Positions 1 through 13,454 of a DNA stretch of 64,000 nucleotides are shown here, in pieces (the stretch's first letter is position 1; every line of letters starts with the position of its first letter). This stretch comes from Neoechinorhynchus agilis (lineage: Eukaryota; Animalia; Acanthocephala). The position numbers and the translations under genes are program-made. The stretch covers positions 2,322,638-2,386,637 of the forward strand of contig CM121341.1 in NCBI GenBank assembly GCA_051530055.1. Direction: 5' to 3'. Below the pieces are notes generated by a model. That model ran no database searches, was not told the DNA's origin, and saw only the letters and a list, made by a program, of their open reading frames with translations.

Positions 1-1110
1 CCATCGGGCCTACGGCCGTCTAGTCGACAAAGGTGGGCGGGTTCCAGGATGTTCGGGAAGTTCGCCGTTCTCAACGCCCCAGAAATTGCGTTATTGATAT
101 CAGAATGGCGTGAGAACCTTCCTCCTGGCCTTCTGCAGACGAGACCGTGTCGCCCGAAAGCATCAACCAAAGACCCACATCGACAGCGATGGGGCGTGCA
201 TATCGGGAGACCAAGTCTTAAGGATACTGCGATCCTCGTTACCTCGTCAGTAAGAAGAGTTCCCACTGATGCCAGAGGAACAGCCTCCAATCACGCCCCA
301 GATTCTCGTGTTGAAACTGCCACCAGTCTACCTCGGACGACCCCATCGCGAGAACCTGAAAGTAGAGAGCTGTGAGCTCTCGCGACAAGAGGTCCGTCCC
401 AGATCGACTGTCTGAGGCCATTCACGGGAACATGGTTAGCGCCTGTCTCCTGGCACCATTCCTCAACCGCCACCACGAAATCCCGGTCAAGACAGAACTT
501 TTCCTTCAAAATGTTCTTCGAGACTGGTGGGCTCCCCTCAAACGATCCAAGAAAGGCCGGCAAAGCAAGGTCGACTAGTGCCCGAATTCCCAATCCCCCA
601 GATGACACAGGCAAAGAAGCTTGTCGCCACGCCTCATCTTAGAGCTGGACATTTAAAATACGCTCGAAGCATGCCCTCACCTTATTGTCCAGCTTTGCCA
701 ATCCTTTTTTGTGTTTGAAAAATGTTGCTGTGCGAACCTTGTACAATAATTTGGGGATGAAGAGCGCGTTCTTTATGAGAAACAAGGCTTCATGAGCCGA
801 GAGAGCGCACACCCTATCGCCCAGCAGCGAAAGTTTCGGTATGATATGGCCGATCTCATCTTCCACATTTGAATCGAAGACGCAACTGCCCAGGAGGCTG
901 AGTTGTTCCCGATTCACGAGTTTCAGGCCTGTAGCTACGGCCTCGAACCCAGCCATTGGTTCTTTGACTTTGGCGGCGCCTCCAATATTCAGTACAACCC
1001 GAACACTCAAGTTCCTTAAAGATCCTATTTTGCACTTCACGCGCTACAACTCGCCTCCACACCCACGCACATACACTCACTATGATTAGGAACACGCTCT
1101 CCTCTCGCAA
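1..1110 (-). mobile_element. CRE-clade non-LTR retrotransposon fragment (RT C-terminus and start of RLE region), frameshifted
   Basis: Minus-strand ORF pieces ...ALFLIKNALFIPKLLY..., SGGLGIRALVDLALPAFLGS, RLVAVSTRESGA match the CRE/RLE-type pol C-terminal region; runs off the window edge. Confidence 0.8.
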
Positions 1111-1178
1111 ACTGAGCTTTTGTATAGATTATTATAAGTGATTGCTGTCAACAGTAGTAGCAATGGTTATGGTGCCGA

Positions 1179-4100
1179 TTATTGTTGTTGTTGCTTCTGA
1201 GTCTGATTGGTAGTTGCGGATGGCATTCCTGCCGTTGCGGCTGTACTTGTTCCAGTGGTTTGCCCAGAACTAGTACTAATGTTCCCGGGCATTCTAGATG
1301 CACTTCTATTCAGATTCAGAAAAATACTTTCGATTTCGGGCAGCCACCGAATAAAATTGTTTTGCCAAAGTTGATAGTTCGAGTTTCGAATAAGTTCAAT
1401 AAATGTGAGCATAAGACCCCAAGGATGAGGTCGACTCACTAGCAACCGTTCAGTCAGCACGCGAGTAACGATTTCCGATAACAGTGGCTGTTGACTTGTT
1501 TGACCGTGTTGATAGATATGAAGCATTAATGAACTGAAAAATTGAGTCGGTCCGTTCGGATACCTGAGTTGGTTAGCAATCACCGTTAAAAGAATATAAG
1601 TGCCTTCGTCATCTAATGTCTCACTGAGTCGGACTAGAAGTCCAGCTTGAGGCGATTGACTCGCTGTTTCTGGTGTTATTGTCTTCGATGTCTCGATGTC
1701 TTTTAAAAAAGTGACACCGGCGTGCTGGACCATAGCCGATAATAGTCGAAGATTATACGGTTGTTCTGAACATCTTTCTTGATCGTTCGGGTCAGGGTGG
1801 AAGCGTAGATTTTGTTTTATTCGACCGAGAATTTCATTTCGTTGATCTGGACGTGAAAAGAAAGTTTCAATGTCGCATTTGAGTGACTCGGGCTGTATGT
1901 CATGCATGTAAGCAAACGACGACGGTTCAAATGGTTGTACGATTAAATCCAGTTTTATGGGATCCGCACAAGGGTCTGGTGGTGGCATTTGTCGGAAATA
2001 TGCACTCAGTACCATATTACGAAGCTGTATAAACTGAATCGGGATTGCGTCGATAAGTTCATAGCAATAGTCGCACGTAAACTCAGGAAAGTCATGAAGA
2101 ATAACAAGAAAAAGTCGCAAAGCCGCCGTGAATAGTTCCTTTGTAAAACTCCGCTCTTCGCTGTTGGTCAATCGAACGAGTGTGCTCATTTTCGGCGTAT
2201 CGGGGCGTACTACCAAAGTTCGCTCTAAAAATCTAATAAGAACTGTCAAAAGTATGGCATATGAGTGAAGGACACGCGCTGGAGTTTTTTGTTGAGAAGA
2301 ATTGAACACTATACCCAAGACGCTTCCATTGCCGACGAGCTCAAGCCATTGACAAGTGAACTTTGGAGTTCGTGAAGGATTCAAGTAGTAGAGAGCGTTC
2401 ATGAATGCATGAAGAATGGTGAAATTGACTTGATCCGATTGTGTATTTGGACTATCCACGTTTGGAATAAGTGAGATTGTAGTGAAATCCTTTAGGAGAG
2501 AGAAAATAATACGCTGGTACATTAGAGCTTTAAACTGGGTCGCCGTTTCATGGTCAACGATGCACATCGCAGCCACAAGACCAAATACCTTCGCAAGAAG
2601 TGACATTCGTACTTGGTTTGTTCTACTATCACCGGCATTTCTGATCAACATTGTCACAAACAACGAAAAAGCGTCACAATTCATCATAAGAACCGATCGA
2701 GCAGATAATGATTGATTTAACACGGGGAGGTCCGCGAAAGGACCTTCTGTATCATGCGAACTATACTCTTGACCACAACCTGAATCGTTGCTTAAATCCA
2801 AACACATTTCGATACATAGTCTAAAAAACCTTATGATATATACGTCCGTTTTGAACATGCCTGTCATGTTCATCTGACTCACGAATACATTGAATTGTCG
2901 ATTTAATGCACTGGCTGAAAGCATCCCATGAGTGGTGAAGGTAGTTTTGTACATTTTGACCCATTGTTGAAACACTTCTTTAGTTCGACGAATGTATGAA
3001 TCCGGAAGGTCCAGTCTGTTTTCTTTCACCGAATTGAAGCCAGACATAAAGTTGGAAAGAGTCCGGACGCCACTTTGATAGACGCCAAGTGGATTACGAT
3101 CGTCAGCGTTTCGTTCAAGAATGTCATAGTTCATGCGGAGAAGGTCTACTTTGCGGCAGCGGTGGTCCATGAAGACAATGGACCGACCACCGTTTACCGC
3201 ATTACAAGCTCACATGTCTTTTCTCTATAGTTGAAATTTATAACGCAATACGAGTACACATGCTGAACCGTGAGTGTGAGATCCCCTAGAGTGACCAATC
3301 CAGCGTGGTAAATGAGACAATGTGTGACGAAATGATGAAGATTTTCCAAGAAATCCGCTCTTTTTTGATCATTTTCAGGGGATGATAAAACAGTATCGAA
3401 AATCGAATCGAGCATATCGACTTTGATGACGTTCAGGTGAACCAACAGACAAAGAGCATCGAAATTGAACCTAACTGAGAAACCTTCATTTAAACATTGC
3501 TGTTCATAAAAGTCGCTTACAACATCACAGACCCATCGCTGACCCATAACGGTGAATTCTACTACTGAAGCGAAAAATGTGGAAGCACCATCGCGAAATT
3601 CGGTCATCTCCCTCCTGTATTGTCTTAGCAATTTGAGAACCATCTGCTCAATTAGTGATCTAAGATCTTCTACACCATACTTTGGTTCATTGATATCGAT
3701 TTCATTAAGTTCCTGGAGAATACCAAGTAAGTGTGGACAATTAAGAGCATTCAGCTTATCAGCGATTTTGTTTACCGTGTACTGCATGGTTTCGACGAGA
3801 ATGCCGCGAGTTCGCCGGAAACCAGGGATCTGATAACCGACTTCAGCGTACATTGTTCGGGTTTTTTCACTTAATCTCTGAGCCGCTTCTCCAACGAGAG
3901 CGCAAGAATGTCCCAGCATTTGTGAGTTTGTCATTGCCTCAAGCGTCCATGCGACTTTTGGTTCAATGTTTTTTCTTAGACTATAGTAAAGACACGACAA
4001 ATGCCGTTCGACGTCCTGCATAACTCTATGAATAGAAAATCTTGATAGATAGCAAAGAGATAAAGAAAAGTTCAGATTCACGAGCTGATTGATTATTTCG

Positions 4101-7100
4101 TTAGAAACGGTACGTGGGAATCGTTGTGAAAGAGATGCAGTCATATTCGTAAATAGAGCATCTCTAGCTTTTGACATAATGATTCCACTCGTTGTGTAGG
4201 CAGCGGCATTATGAGCAACTGTACGAATAACGTGCTCACAGGAAGCGAAACAGAAATCGTGCTTTAAAAGAAAATCAACAACCGGAATTGCGCTTCGTTT
4301 ACAGTGTTCAACCATTAAGCTTGAGAAGTTCCCAATGGTTTGTATGAGAACAATTGAGGCCACTTCAGCAAGGTCTCGATCAATAAGAGTACTCGGAAAC
4401 TCAAATGGTACTTTGGCATCTTCATCCATAGTTGGGGGAAAGTCTTGAAAATCGTAGTTGAACACTAGAGGTGCAAGATCAGCTGCCGAAGGTGCTGATT
4501 GTGCATTCGAAGGTGATTGTTGATGACGATCATCTTCTTGACCGATATGATCCGATAGTTGTTCGGTCATCGTAGCAGCATTAATAGAGTCGATTGTAGT
4601 CAAAGATTTATGTTGAACGGTACCGCACATTTGATGTTTTCCAGCTAAAATACTCCTTTTAACTGGGTCATTTTTTATAAGACGAGCTCGAGGCCATGCG
4701 TTAATGTCCATATTGACGTGTTTAAATAAAATTTCAATATCGAATCGAATTGGAGTAGGCACGGAAGGTTGGTCGAATATGTCGGCCAGCACTAAGAAGA
4801 TTCCTTGCGTCCATGGGTTTGGCAGATAAAAGAATTGAGGCATTGGAAGTGGTTTAGAGACAGTGTTGTGACTATCAAAGATTGATGTGACAAAGGGCAC
4901 AGCATATTCAAGATGAAACGGTCCCTTTTCGAAAGCTTCAATTACCAGCGACTTTAAATCGATTTCATCGGCCAAAATGGGTCTGTTTCGACCAAGGAAA
5001 AACAGCCCGAACCATCGTCCAATACTCTTAAGACTAAGCCGTTCTTGTTCAGTCATTCGATCCGATCGAAGAAGAGTTTGAGCTAGTTTATAAGATTCAG
5101 AACTTACCATAACATCAAGTGCAGCTTCGCCGAGAATATCGATGAAATTAACGTACATTAGATGATGATTTGGTTCATTTGGTACACGTCGAATGACAAT
5201 GTAGCGAGCTAGCCATTGCCATGCTTCTGAACGGATCACAGGAGACTGCGGATCGAGATTGTGGAATGATGTGCGAATAAACTGAGCGTGTTGAAGGGTA
5301 TTTTGATTGTTCAAATTATTGAATACAAATGATATTTGGCCTTCAGTTTCTTGTGGGATTGCGATTGGTCGTTGATGTGTTGATCCTGTAGCCTGATCGA
5401 CAGTATCCATTGAAGGATCAGTTTGCTAAAACACAAAAGGTCAGTCTGTGGTCATGTATAAAGAATTCGAGAACGATGTGTTCAAAAAGGACTTGTTTAG
5501 CTAGAAACTCAGAAAGAATTAGGCCTAGTTGCCCTCAACGCCCCTCCAAACCCCTCAAAACAACAACGACGCAAACCTAGAACACTTCAATGGGATTTTT
5601 TCGAAGAACTACAATTGAGGCGTTTGCACAAACGTACATGAACGAGAGGTTCAATTCGTGAACGTTCACACAACTCGTGAATCATTGACATTGAACATAT
5701 ATATGTTTTTCAAAAAAAATGCCTCAAATTCTACACACACAAAAAAACGACAGAAAAAATAGGAGCTTTTGTGCTCAGCATAGAAAGCACGGAACCAACC
5801 GATCAACACAAATATCTCCTCGTCTATATAAGAGCGTTCAGCCGTTGTTGTTTGTTTTTGCTAAAGTATTCGCTGATTTTTAAATTACAGGGTATCCTTT
5901 TTTATAACCAAAAAAGAATTGTGCAATGCAAAACTGTTCTACGGTGAGCAGATATTTTTAGTAGACTAAAGCGTTGATAATGTTCAATAAAAAAGAAGTT
6001 TTGAAAGAGTTCCAGAATCGTTATTTGGACAATAATTCGGCGAAAATCACTAACGATCAATTTCTAAGGCTCATTAGAACAATAGAAAACTGTTCTACGG
6101 TGAGCAGATATTTTTAGTAGACCAAAACGTTGATAATGTTCAATAAAAAAGAAGTTTTGAAAGAGTTCCAGAATCGTTATTTGGACAATAATTCGGCGAA
6201 AATCACTAACGATCAATTTCTAAGGCTCAATAGAACGGTAGAAAACTGTTCTACGGTCCATAGATATTTTTAGTAGACTAAAGCATTAATCATGTTCAAT
6301 AAAAACGATATTTTGATAGAGTTCCAGAATCGTTATTTGGACAATAATTCGGAGAAAATCAATAACGATCAATTTATAAGGCTCAATAGAACGGTAGAAA
6401 ACTGTTCTACGGTCAGCAGATATTTTTAGTAGACTAAAACTTTAATCATGTTCAATAAAAACGATATTTTGATAGAGTTCCAGAATCGTTAGTTTGACAA
6501 TAATTCGGAGAAAATCAATAACGATCAATTTATAAGGCTCAATAGAACGGTAGAAAACTGTTCTACGGTCCATAGATATTTTTAGTAGACTAAAGCATTA
6601 ATCATGTTCAATAAAAACGAGAGTTCCAGAATCGTTAGTTTGACAATAATTCGGAGAAAATCAATAACGATCAATTTATAAGGCCAAATAGAACGGTAGA
6701 AAACTGTTCTACGGTGAGCAGATATTTTTAGTAGACTAAAGCGTTGATAATGTTCAATAAAAAAAGAAGTTTTGAAAGAGTTCCAGAATCGTTAGTTTGA
6801 CAATAATTCGGAGAAAATCAATAACGATCAATTTATAAGGCTTAATAGAACGGTAGAAAAATGTTCTACTGTGAGCAGATATTTCTGGTTGACTAAAGCA
6901 TTAATCATGTTCAATAAAAACGATATTTTGATAGAGTTCCAGAATCGTTAGTTTGACAATAATTCGGAGAAAATCACTAACGATCAATTTATAAGGCTCA
7001 ATAGAACGGTAGAAAACTGTTCTACGGTCCATAGATATTTTTAGTAGACTAAAGCATTAATCATGTTCAATAAAAACGATATTTTGATAGAGTTCCAGAA

Positions 7101-10100
7101 TCGTTATTTGGACAATAATTCGGAGAAAATCAATAACGATCAATTTATAAGGCTCAATAGAACGGTAGAAAACTGTTCTACGGTCCATAGATATTTTTAG
7201 TAGACTAAAGCATTAATCATGTTCAATAAAAACGAGAGTTCCAGAATCGTTAGTTTGACAATAATTCGGAGAAAATCAATAACGATCAATTTATAAGGCT
7301 AAATAGAACGGTAGAAAACTGTTCTACGGTGAGCAGATATTTTTAGTAGACCAAAACGTTGATAATGTTCAATAAAAACGATATTTTGAAAGAGTTCCAG
7401 AATCGTTAGTTTGACAATAATTAGGCGAAAATAAATAACGATCAATTTATAAGGCTCAATAGAACGGTAGAAAACTGTTCTACTGTGAGCAGATATTTCT
7501 GGTTGACTAAAGCATTAATAATGTTCAATAAAAAAGTTATTTTGAAAAATTTATTAGTTACCTTCATAAATATTAAAAGTTACGCATTTTAACGAAAAAG
7601 TGTCCACTGGGTGATGCTCGTCGTTCGGAATTTTTCTATTATGCTTCAGGCAAGTAAAGCTTCTGGTATCTTCAAATTTTTAATCTAGGTATTTTAAGGT
7701 TGGTTCAAAGGGATCCGCTGGCCACAGCCATTTTGGAACTTCTCGATTTGCATCAACTTATCTCTAATTCAAACATTGAATTCTTGGAATATGAAAAAAA
7801 TTATTGGTTTCTCGTGAATTAATCACGTGAATCTTAAAGATTAAGGTATTATCGTTTAACAAATTTCCTTTACTGAAATGCCCCGAATATGATTTTAATG
7901 ATACTCTTATAATATCAATAAAATTACAAAGTCCACAACACGTTTCGAATACTTTTTAAAAACTTCTGAATTGTTAAGTGAAAACATTTAACCTTTTCAA
8001 GGTAGAAAGTACAAAAATGCGATTAAAGGACAGCAAGTTGATTGATTACAGCAAAAACTTAGAATTTTTCTTCGAATATTACCGGCTCTTTAGCTAAAAC
8101 AGCAAGGACTTATTTTGAAATATCACCAAAACCATCACGAATTTAAAATTCTCCGGCCTTAATTTTTATTTTACTGAAGATTGTCGTAAACGATACTATC
8201 TACAACCTGCCAGTGGAGAATGTACTCTTTTACAAGATGACATAAAAGCGACTCTTATAAACATGATTGCAAATAGATTATATCACGCATTTATCATGAT
8301 TGAGGTTAAGGTTTTTGTTCGATACGGCTACACTCCGATAATACTTCTGAGGACAAAATGAACGCTCATTAAAGGGAATCACTTCATTAAAGAAGAGATG
8401 AGCAAGTTTGTCGCAGCTACAAATTCTACACGATATCTTTGATGGTTATGAGGATTGGTCAAAATTAAAGGAGGTAAAATCCACGAATCTGTCCGGATAT
8501 TTGCTGCAATGAATTCTTAGAAAAATGGATGGGATTTAGCCGACCTGGCTCAAAATGGACGCTGAGATGTCGGAAAAATATAGACTACATCGGCATTTCG
8601 AGTTAAGTTCAACAAAAGTGCAAGTAGGTCTTGAGCTTTCAAGACTTCTTGATACGGTCATTAAGTCCTTAGATTAAGAATTGCTTAATTTCCGATACAG
8701 TGTAATGCAGAGTGAACAAAGCCGCTTCAAGAAAATCGAGTGTGCAGGGGACTTTGAGTGGTCGGGTTTCAAAAAACAACAACTTTAAGCTACACATTTC
8801 GTGAATCTTTTCAGTTAAATCAAAAAGCGTAATTGTTGTTCTACTTCAGTTCGAACTTAAAAATACACTGATGAAATGCATCTCTTTCAAGACTAAGTGT
8901 GAGGAATATCGATGAAAGCGTAACCACGGCACTTTAATATTGCTGACAATGAACAAAAGAAACAATAGTAATTAAAACAACAATAAGCATTGTGTTCTAG
9001 TTGGTTTCTTAACGCAAGTTACAACGAAATAATATTTAAAGTAAGATAAAATAATTTTACGACACAAAAAAGATTTTTCTGCGAAGATCGAGAAACTAGC
9101 TCTTACCGTTTGATTTATGGTCTCCACCGTAAATACTGGTGATAATGGTTGTTGTTGTTGTGAAGAAGATAATGTTTGTTGCACAACAACTGATTGGAAG
9201 TTGTAAACTTGCCCATTTTCTTGATTGCCTCCAACAAAATCCGAAATGCTGTTAGATTGAAGTTTGAGATACGCATCAGAGTCGAGTGAATCGTGAATCT
9301 TAGTACATTTTTGAGAATAAGGTCGTTTATTGGCGATGAATGAGGAAAAATCATCGCCGAATTTCGATGGTTTTTTTAAAATTGCTTCTCGGCACTTATC
9401 AAAACACGATATCATCACGAAATCGACTTCGTGTGAGCTTTGAGAGCATCCATCAAGAATTTGTACGAGCAGTGGCCTTAGAAGATCGATGTCGTTCACT
9501 TTATTTAATATGTATCCGCAGGCGTTACCGACTGCACTCAAAAATTGTTCGTCACAACTGGATAATCCGTTCAAAACCAATCTCATAGCTAAGACGGCTT
9601 TATCTAAGAACTTTGGTGACTCAATGTTTACAAGCACAAGTTCCCCTGTCGTAATTTTCTTATCGATTAAAGCATCAGATTGAGCTTTATACCAGTGTTC
9701 AAATCGTTCCATATACGATTTAGGAATACGGCTATGTTTAACGCATTCTTTATTTCTTAGGAAGTGATCAATTAATCGAGATTTGTAATCGCTGAGATGA
9801 TAATCGAATACAAATTCAAGGAGCTCAATCATGAACATTTCCTTTAGACCGTCGTCATTTAGTGCATATTGTTCAAACCAATCGTTCAATGAGCGTGAAT
9901 GACATTGACAGATGAAGATTAAACTGAACGTTGATGGAAGTGCAGGTGGTTTAGAAAATGCTACTGATTGAATCAGGCATTCACATTGCCAAACAAAATT
10001 CAACAATTCATCGATCGATGGATATAGATCGTTGAAGTACTCATTAAATAGTTCAAACACGTGTGTGGGTGTTGACTGTGAGAGAATTTCCCGCGCTTTC

Positions 10101-10678
10101 CGTCTTTGGTCGTATGCTTTTTTTAAAGCTATTCGTATAACTTCTTTAAGAACTGATGAACGGAATTCGCTATCGCCTTCGTTTATACCTTTTAGGACAA
10201 ATTCAAATTTGCCCATAATGTCAGGATCCAGTCCAGTTGTCCAGTCAGCTAATGATTGTAGAAATATTGTCCGTGATTTCTGATGGGTCCACTTATTACA
10301 AAAAAGTGACCATAGGTCATGAAATGAAATAATACCACCTTGGATTAAAGGATCGAACACTCGTTGTTTCAGGTTTGAGAAAAATGCGAATATTAAAGGA
10401 GGATCGGTGTCTAGTAGACGGAATAAGAGCTGGCTCCAGCTTCCTTTATAATCCATTAGAATTTTATGTCCAGATTCTACTGAAGGTGGAGCAACGAGTA
10501 AACGTAATTGATGAAGAGCATCTTCTTCAACTGGATCCAGTGTACTCAATGGAAAGGACTGCGGCGATATAGTAACCGTCGAGTGCTTATGATCGTCCGG
10601 TGATCGCCGGTAACGACTTGCTCCATATAGCTCATCTTCTATTTTGAGGTTCAATCCTGTGGTTGAAAATATGCTCAT
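1179..10678 (-). CDS. CNOT1: CCR4-NOT scaffold subunit NOT1; exons about 10678-9107, 5425-3214 (or -3203), 3148 (or 3152)-1179
   Basis: Middle ORF has the CAF1-binding MIF4G region (FVFNNL..., WLARYIVIRRVPNEPNHH, PNPWTQGI). Last ORF has the Not1 C-terminal motifs (RYPNGPTQFFS, VSRPHPWGL). Phase-0 donor ACG|GTAAGA at 9107/9106 and acceptor TTTTAG|CAA at 5426/5425 join exons 1 and 2 in frame. Confidence 0.9.
5930..7540. repeat. Tandem satellite, about 10 copies of a ~156-bp unit (some ~147 bp), inside CNOT1 intron 1
   Basis: AAAACTGTTCTAC recurs at about 156-bp spacing (5931, 6087, 6243, 6399...). Confidence 0.95.
7590..8830 (+). other. Possible decayed coding relic of unknown origin in CNOT1 intron 1
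   Basis: Protein-like reading broken by stops (e.g. GLNFYFTEDCRKRYYLQPASGECTLLQDDIK... near 8150-8360); no family recognised. Confidence 0.25.
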
Positions 10679-11298
10679 CTAAAAATTAGAAAAAAAATAG
10701 TTACTGAAAAATTTAGGATTTTAAGGTTGAAAAAAATGCGAGCAGAATCGTAGTCATTTTACACAAATACTACTTTGAAACTTTTTTTTAAAAAAAGCAG
10801 TAAAATATTTTTAAGTTTTTCCAAAAAAAAGGGAAAATTGCGCAAACTAAGACGAACAATAATTCTAGAAATGTTTTAAAGGTCATTTTTAATGTTTTAG
10901 TAAGAAGTTTTAGTTTGGAACAATTGGCAAAAACACAATCGTATCATAGGATTCTTTGAATGTTTCCAAAAAAAAATTAATTTTTTCATCGAAGTGATGT
11001 ATTTATTTCAAAAAAACCCGTCAAATTTAAAACTTCGCATTACAAAAATTAAAAAGGCTAACAAAATCCCAACTTGACAAAAAAAAAGAATTTGTATTTT
11101 CTAAAACGTTTTTTAAATGCCTCATCTAATAAATTCTTCATTTTTTCGCTTTAGTTAACGTGTTCAAACCACAATTTAAGATATTCTGTTATAAAAATTC
11201 TCCCACTTCTACAACGACAATAATGTTTTTTCTTGAGCAACATTATTGAAGAATCATACGAATCAATAACTCGAACACACGATAATTTCAACAGAAAC

Positions 11299-11483
11299 TG
11301 AATTCTCAATGGCGAATTGTAACACACTCGAGTTTTATTGAACTCTTCATTGCGAATTTTCAAGGCTTCTCAAGCATTGTTTCGCAGGTTAAACTCGAAT
11401 ATTTAAGCTGAGGCCTTGAAAATTCGCAATAAAGAGTTCAATAATAAAACTCGAGTGTGTAATAATTCGCCATTGAGAATTCA
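11299..11483. repeat. Long near-perfect inverted repeat (~70-bp arms, ~45-bp spacer), MITE/fold-back-like
   Basis: TGAATTCTCAATGGCGAATT...TTTTCAAGGC (11299-11366) is the near reverse complement of GCCTTGAAAA...AATTCGCCATTGAGAATTCA (11413-11483). Confidence 0.9.
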
Positions 11484-13209
11484 CATCCACTCGAAACAAC
11501 AATTGGATGGAAATAATCGTAATATTTTAATTTTTCGTAAAGTTAATATTTAAAAGAAAATTCAACCCATTTTTAAAATTAAGTTTTCAAACCGCACCCT
11601 AAAAACGCATTGAATCTAAAAATTATCTCATAAACGCCGACAACTACTAATTCCAAAATTCTGCTTGAAATCATCAGCGACGACTAAAACGCTTACGTTT
11701 CTGAGTGTGTTTGCAAACAACGAATTCTTCCATGTCCAGTAACTGGACGGATTGATTTGAATCGCTCAAATTCAGTGTTCAAAACAAAACACGAATGTTT
11801 ATTTTTAGTCGTGAACTTAAAGACTACGAAAAATGGATTCATCGGGTTAAAAACGTGAATCGAGTAGTCTGAAACATGAAAATAAAAAGACGAGTTGATC
11901 CCAATTTTCTCATTCTTTTTATGAGTTTTATTGATTTCTTTATAATGAAGAAAATTAAAAGCGTTGTTTTAATTTAAAACACAGGAAAAGAATACCTTTA
12001 GCGCCACTTATCAGAAATCGGCCTTCGATTGGAGATTAAAATTTAAGTCTAGAATTGGACTTAGCCTCGATCCGATCGTCCGCTTTTTTATGAACAAAAA
12101 AGAAACTAAATTCTAAATTGCATAAATCTTTGCTTGTTTCATCATTAGTTCTCATATGAATCGCTCAATTTTCTAAGATTTAATATCTCTTAATCCCTTG
12201 GATTTCGGAGAAAACACCCGAGAAAATCCATCGGGATTGTAATTTCTGACTTAAAGAGGAAGTTTTCAAATATGTGATCCGGATTAATCTCAGCCTTATT
12301 CATTGTTTAAGTGGTTAATAAATCAATTTAAATGAGAAAAAACCGTCAGGAATTTCGGTCCTCAGATATTATTTGTGCTCAAATCAGATTTTGCTTAAAA
12401 CTGAGAAACGTTTCAGGTCATGGAACTTGGGAAAACAGTTTGGAATCGTTTGACAAAATTCTACGAGTCTCCTTAATTTGCTACAATCTTAAACTTTGCA
12501 TTTGACGAACTTTATTATCAAAAAAACACACGAATGCCTGCAGTAGTGCGACGTATCTTTCAACGTTTAAATTTGATCATTAAAGATCATTTTTTTATAA
12601 ATTCTACTTCTCCAATTAATTTGTCCAAGTGACAGTTTTTAATTTTTTATTATGCCTAAATTTAATACTTTGTTTCAGCCATAATTAGTTAAGTTGTCGA
12701 TTTTTTTTCATTTTATGACAACAGAGAATCTTAAATACGATCAAATCTAAAATGTAACATTTTAACAATGTACTTTGCCGATGATTGCCTTTGCTTAACT
12801 TTAAATTAATCTTTAAGCTAACAAGTGATCGCCACATAAATTATTTCCATATTTTTCAGGATAATATTCTTTATCGAGGATTTATTAATTTTTAACTAAT
12901 TTAAAACGAGCCATTTTCATGATGCGATTGCTTTCGATTTTCTTTTTTTATACGTTTGTTGATAAGCAAGAAAATCGTCTACAAAATATCTTGTGTCGTG
13001 GATTTAAGAATCAAACAGCGAGTCATTCGATGGCTCTCCACGTTCAATGGTGCTTTTCTCGATTTTTTCGTAGGTTCAATAATTTTCTTAGGTTTAATAG
13101 AACTTGCGTATTTATCATATGTTCGGAATTAAAATTAGTGTTTGAAGATTGAACTATTCATGCTTGTTTATGGCGTAAAAAGTCGAAAGTGTCATAAGTT
13201 AGCCTCTCA

Positions 13210-13400
13210 GTTTTTGTTCCTTCCCTTCGGAGTCGAGACTTACGGGGCATTTGGATAGGCCGCAGCGGACGCGAGAGTGACGAAAGAGCTGCAGTCAATC
13301 ACTTTCTTGCGACAAAATTTGAGTCTGACGGTCCAGCGTGGGAACGCTGCCAACGTCCGGATGACATGTAAAGGGCCTAATGTAAACACATCATGAAATC
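13210..13400 (+). mobile_element. CRE-clade retrotransposon 3' terminal fragment
   Basis: Translates PFGVETYGAFG*...FLRQNLSLTVQRGNAANV, the RLE-domain C-terminal motif seen in the other CRE copies. Confidence 0.7.
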
Positions 13401-13454
13401 GTAAAAGTGATACTTCTGAATAAATATTATAACGCTGTTATTAGATTATATATA

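Noticed and set aside
3171-3200. Programmed -1 frameshift in CNOT1 (GGTAAAC followed by a hairpin)
   Set aside because: The slippery-like heptamer is in the wrong frame, and intron removal explains the frame change more simply.
8866-8925. Hammerhead-like CTGATGA...GAAAGCGTA
   Set aside because: No convincing stem II, III or I.
1179-10678. NOT1 split into three separate genes
   Set aside because: Good in-frame splice sites join the ORFs into one gene.
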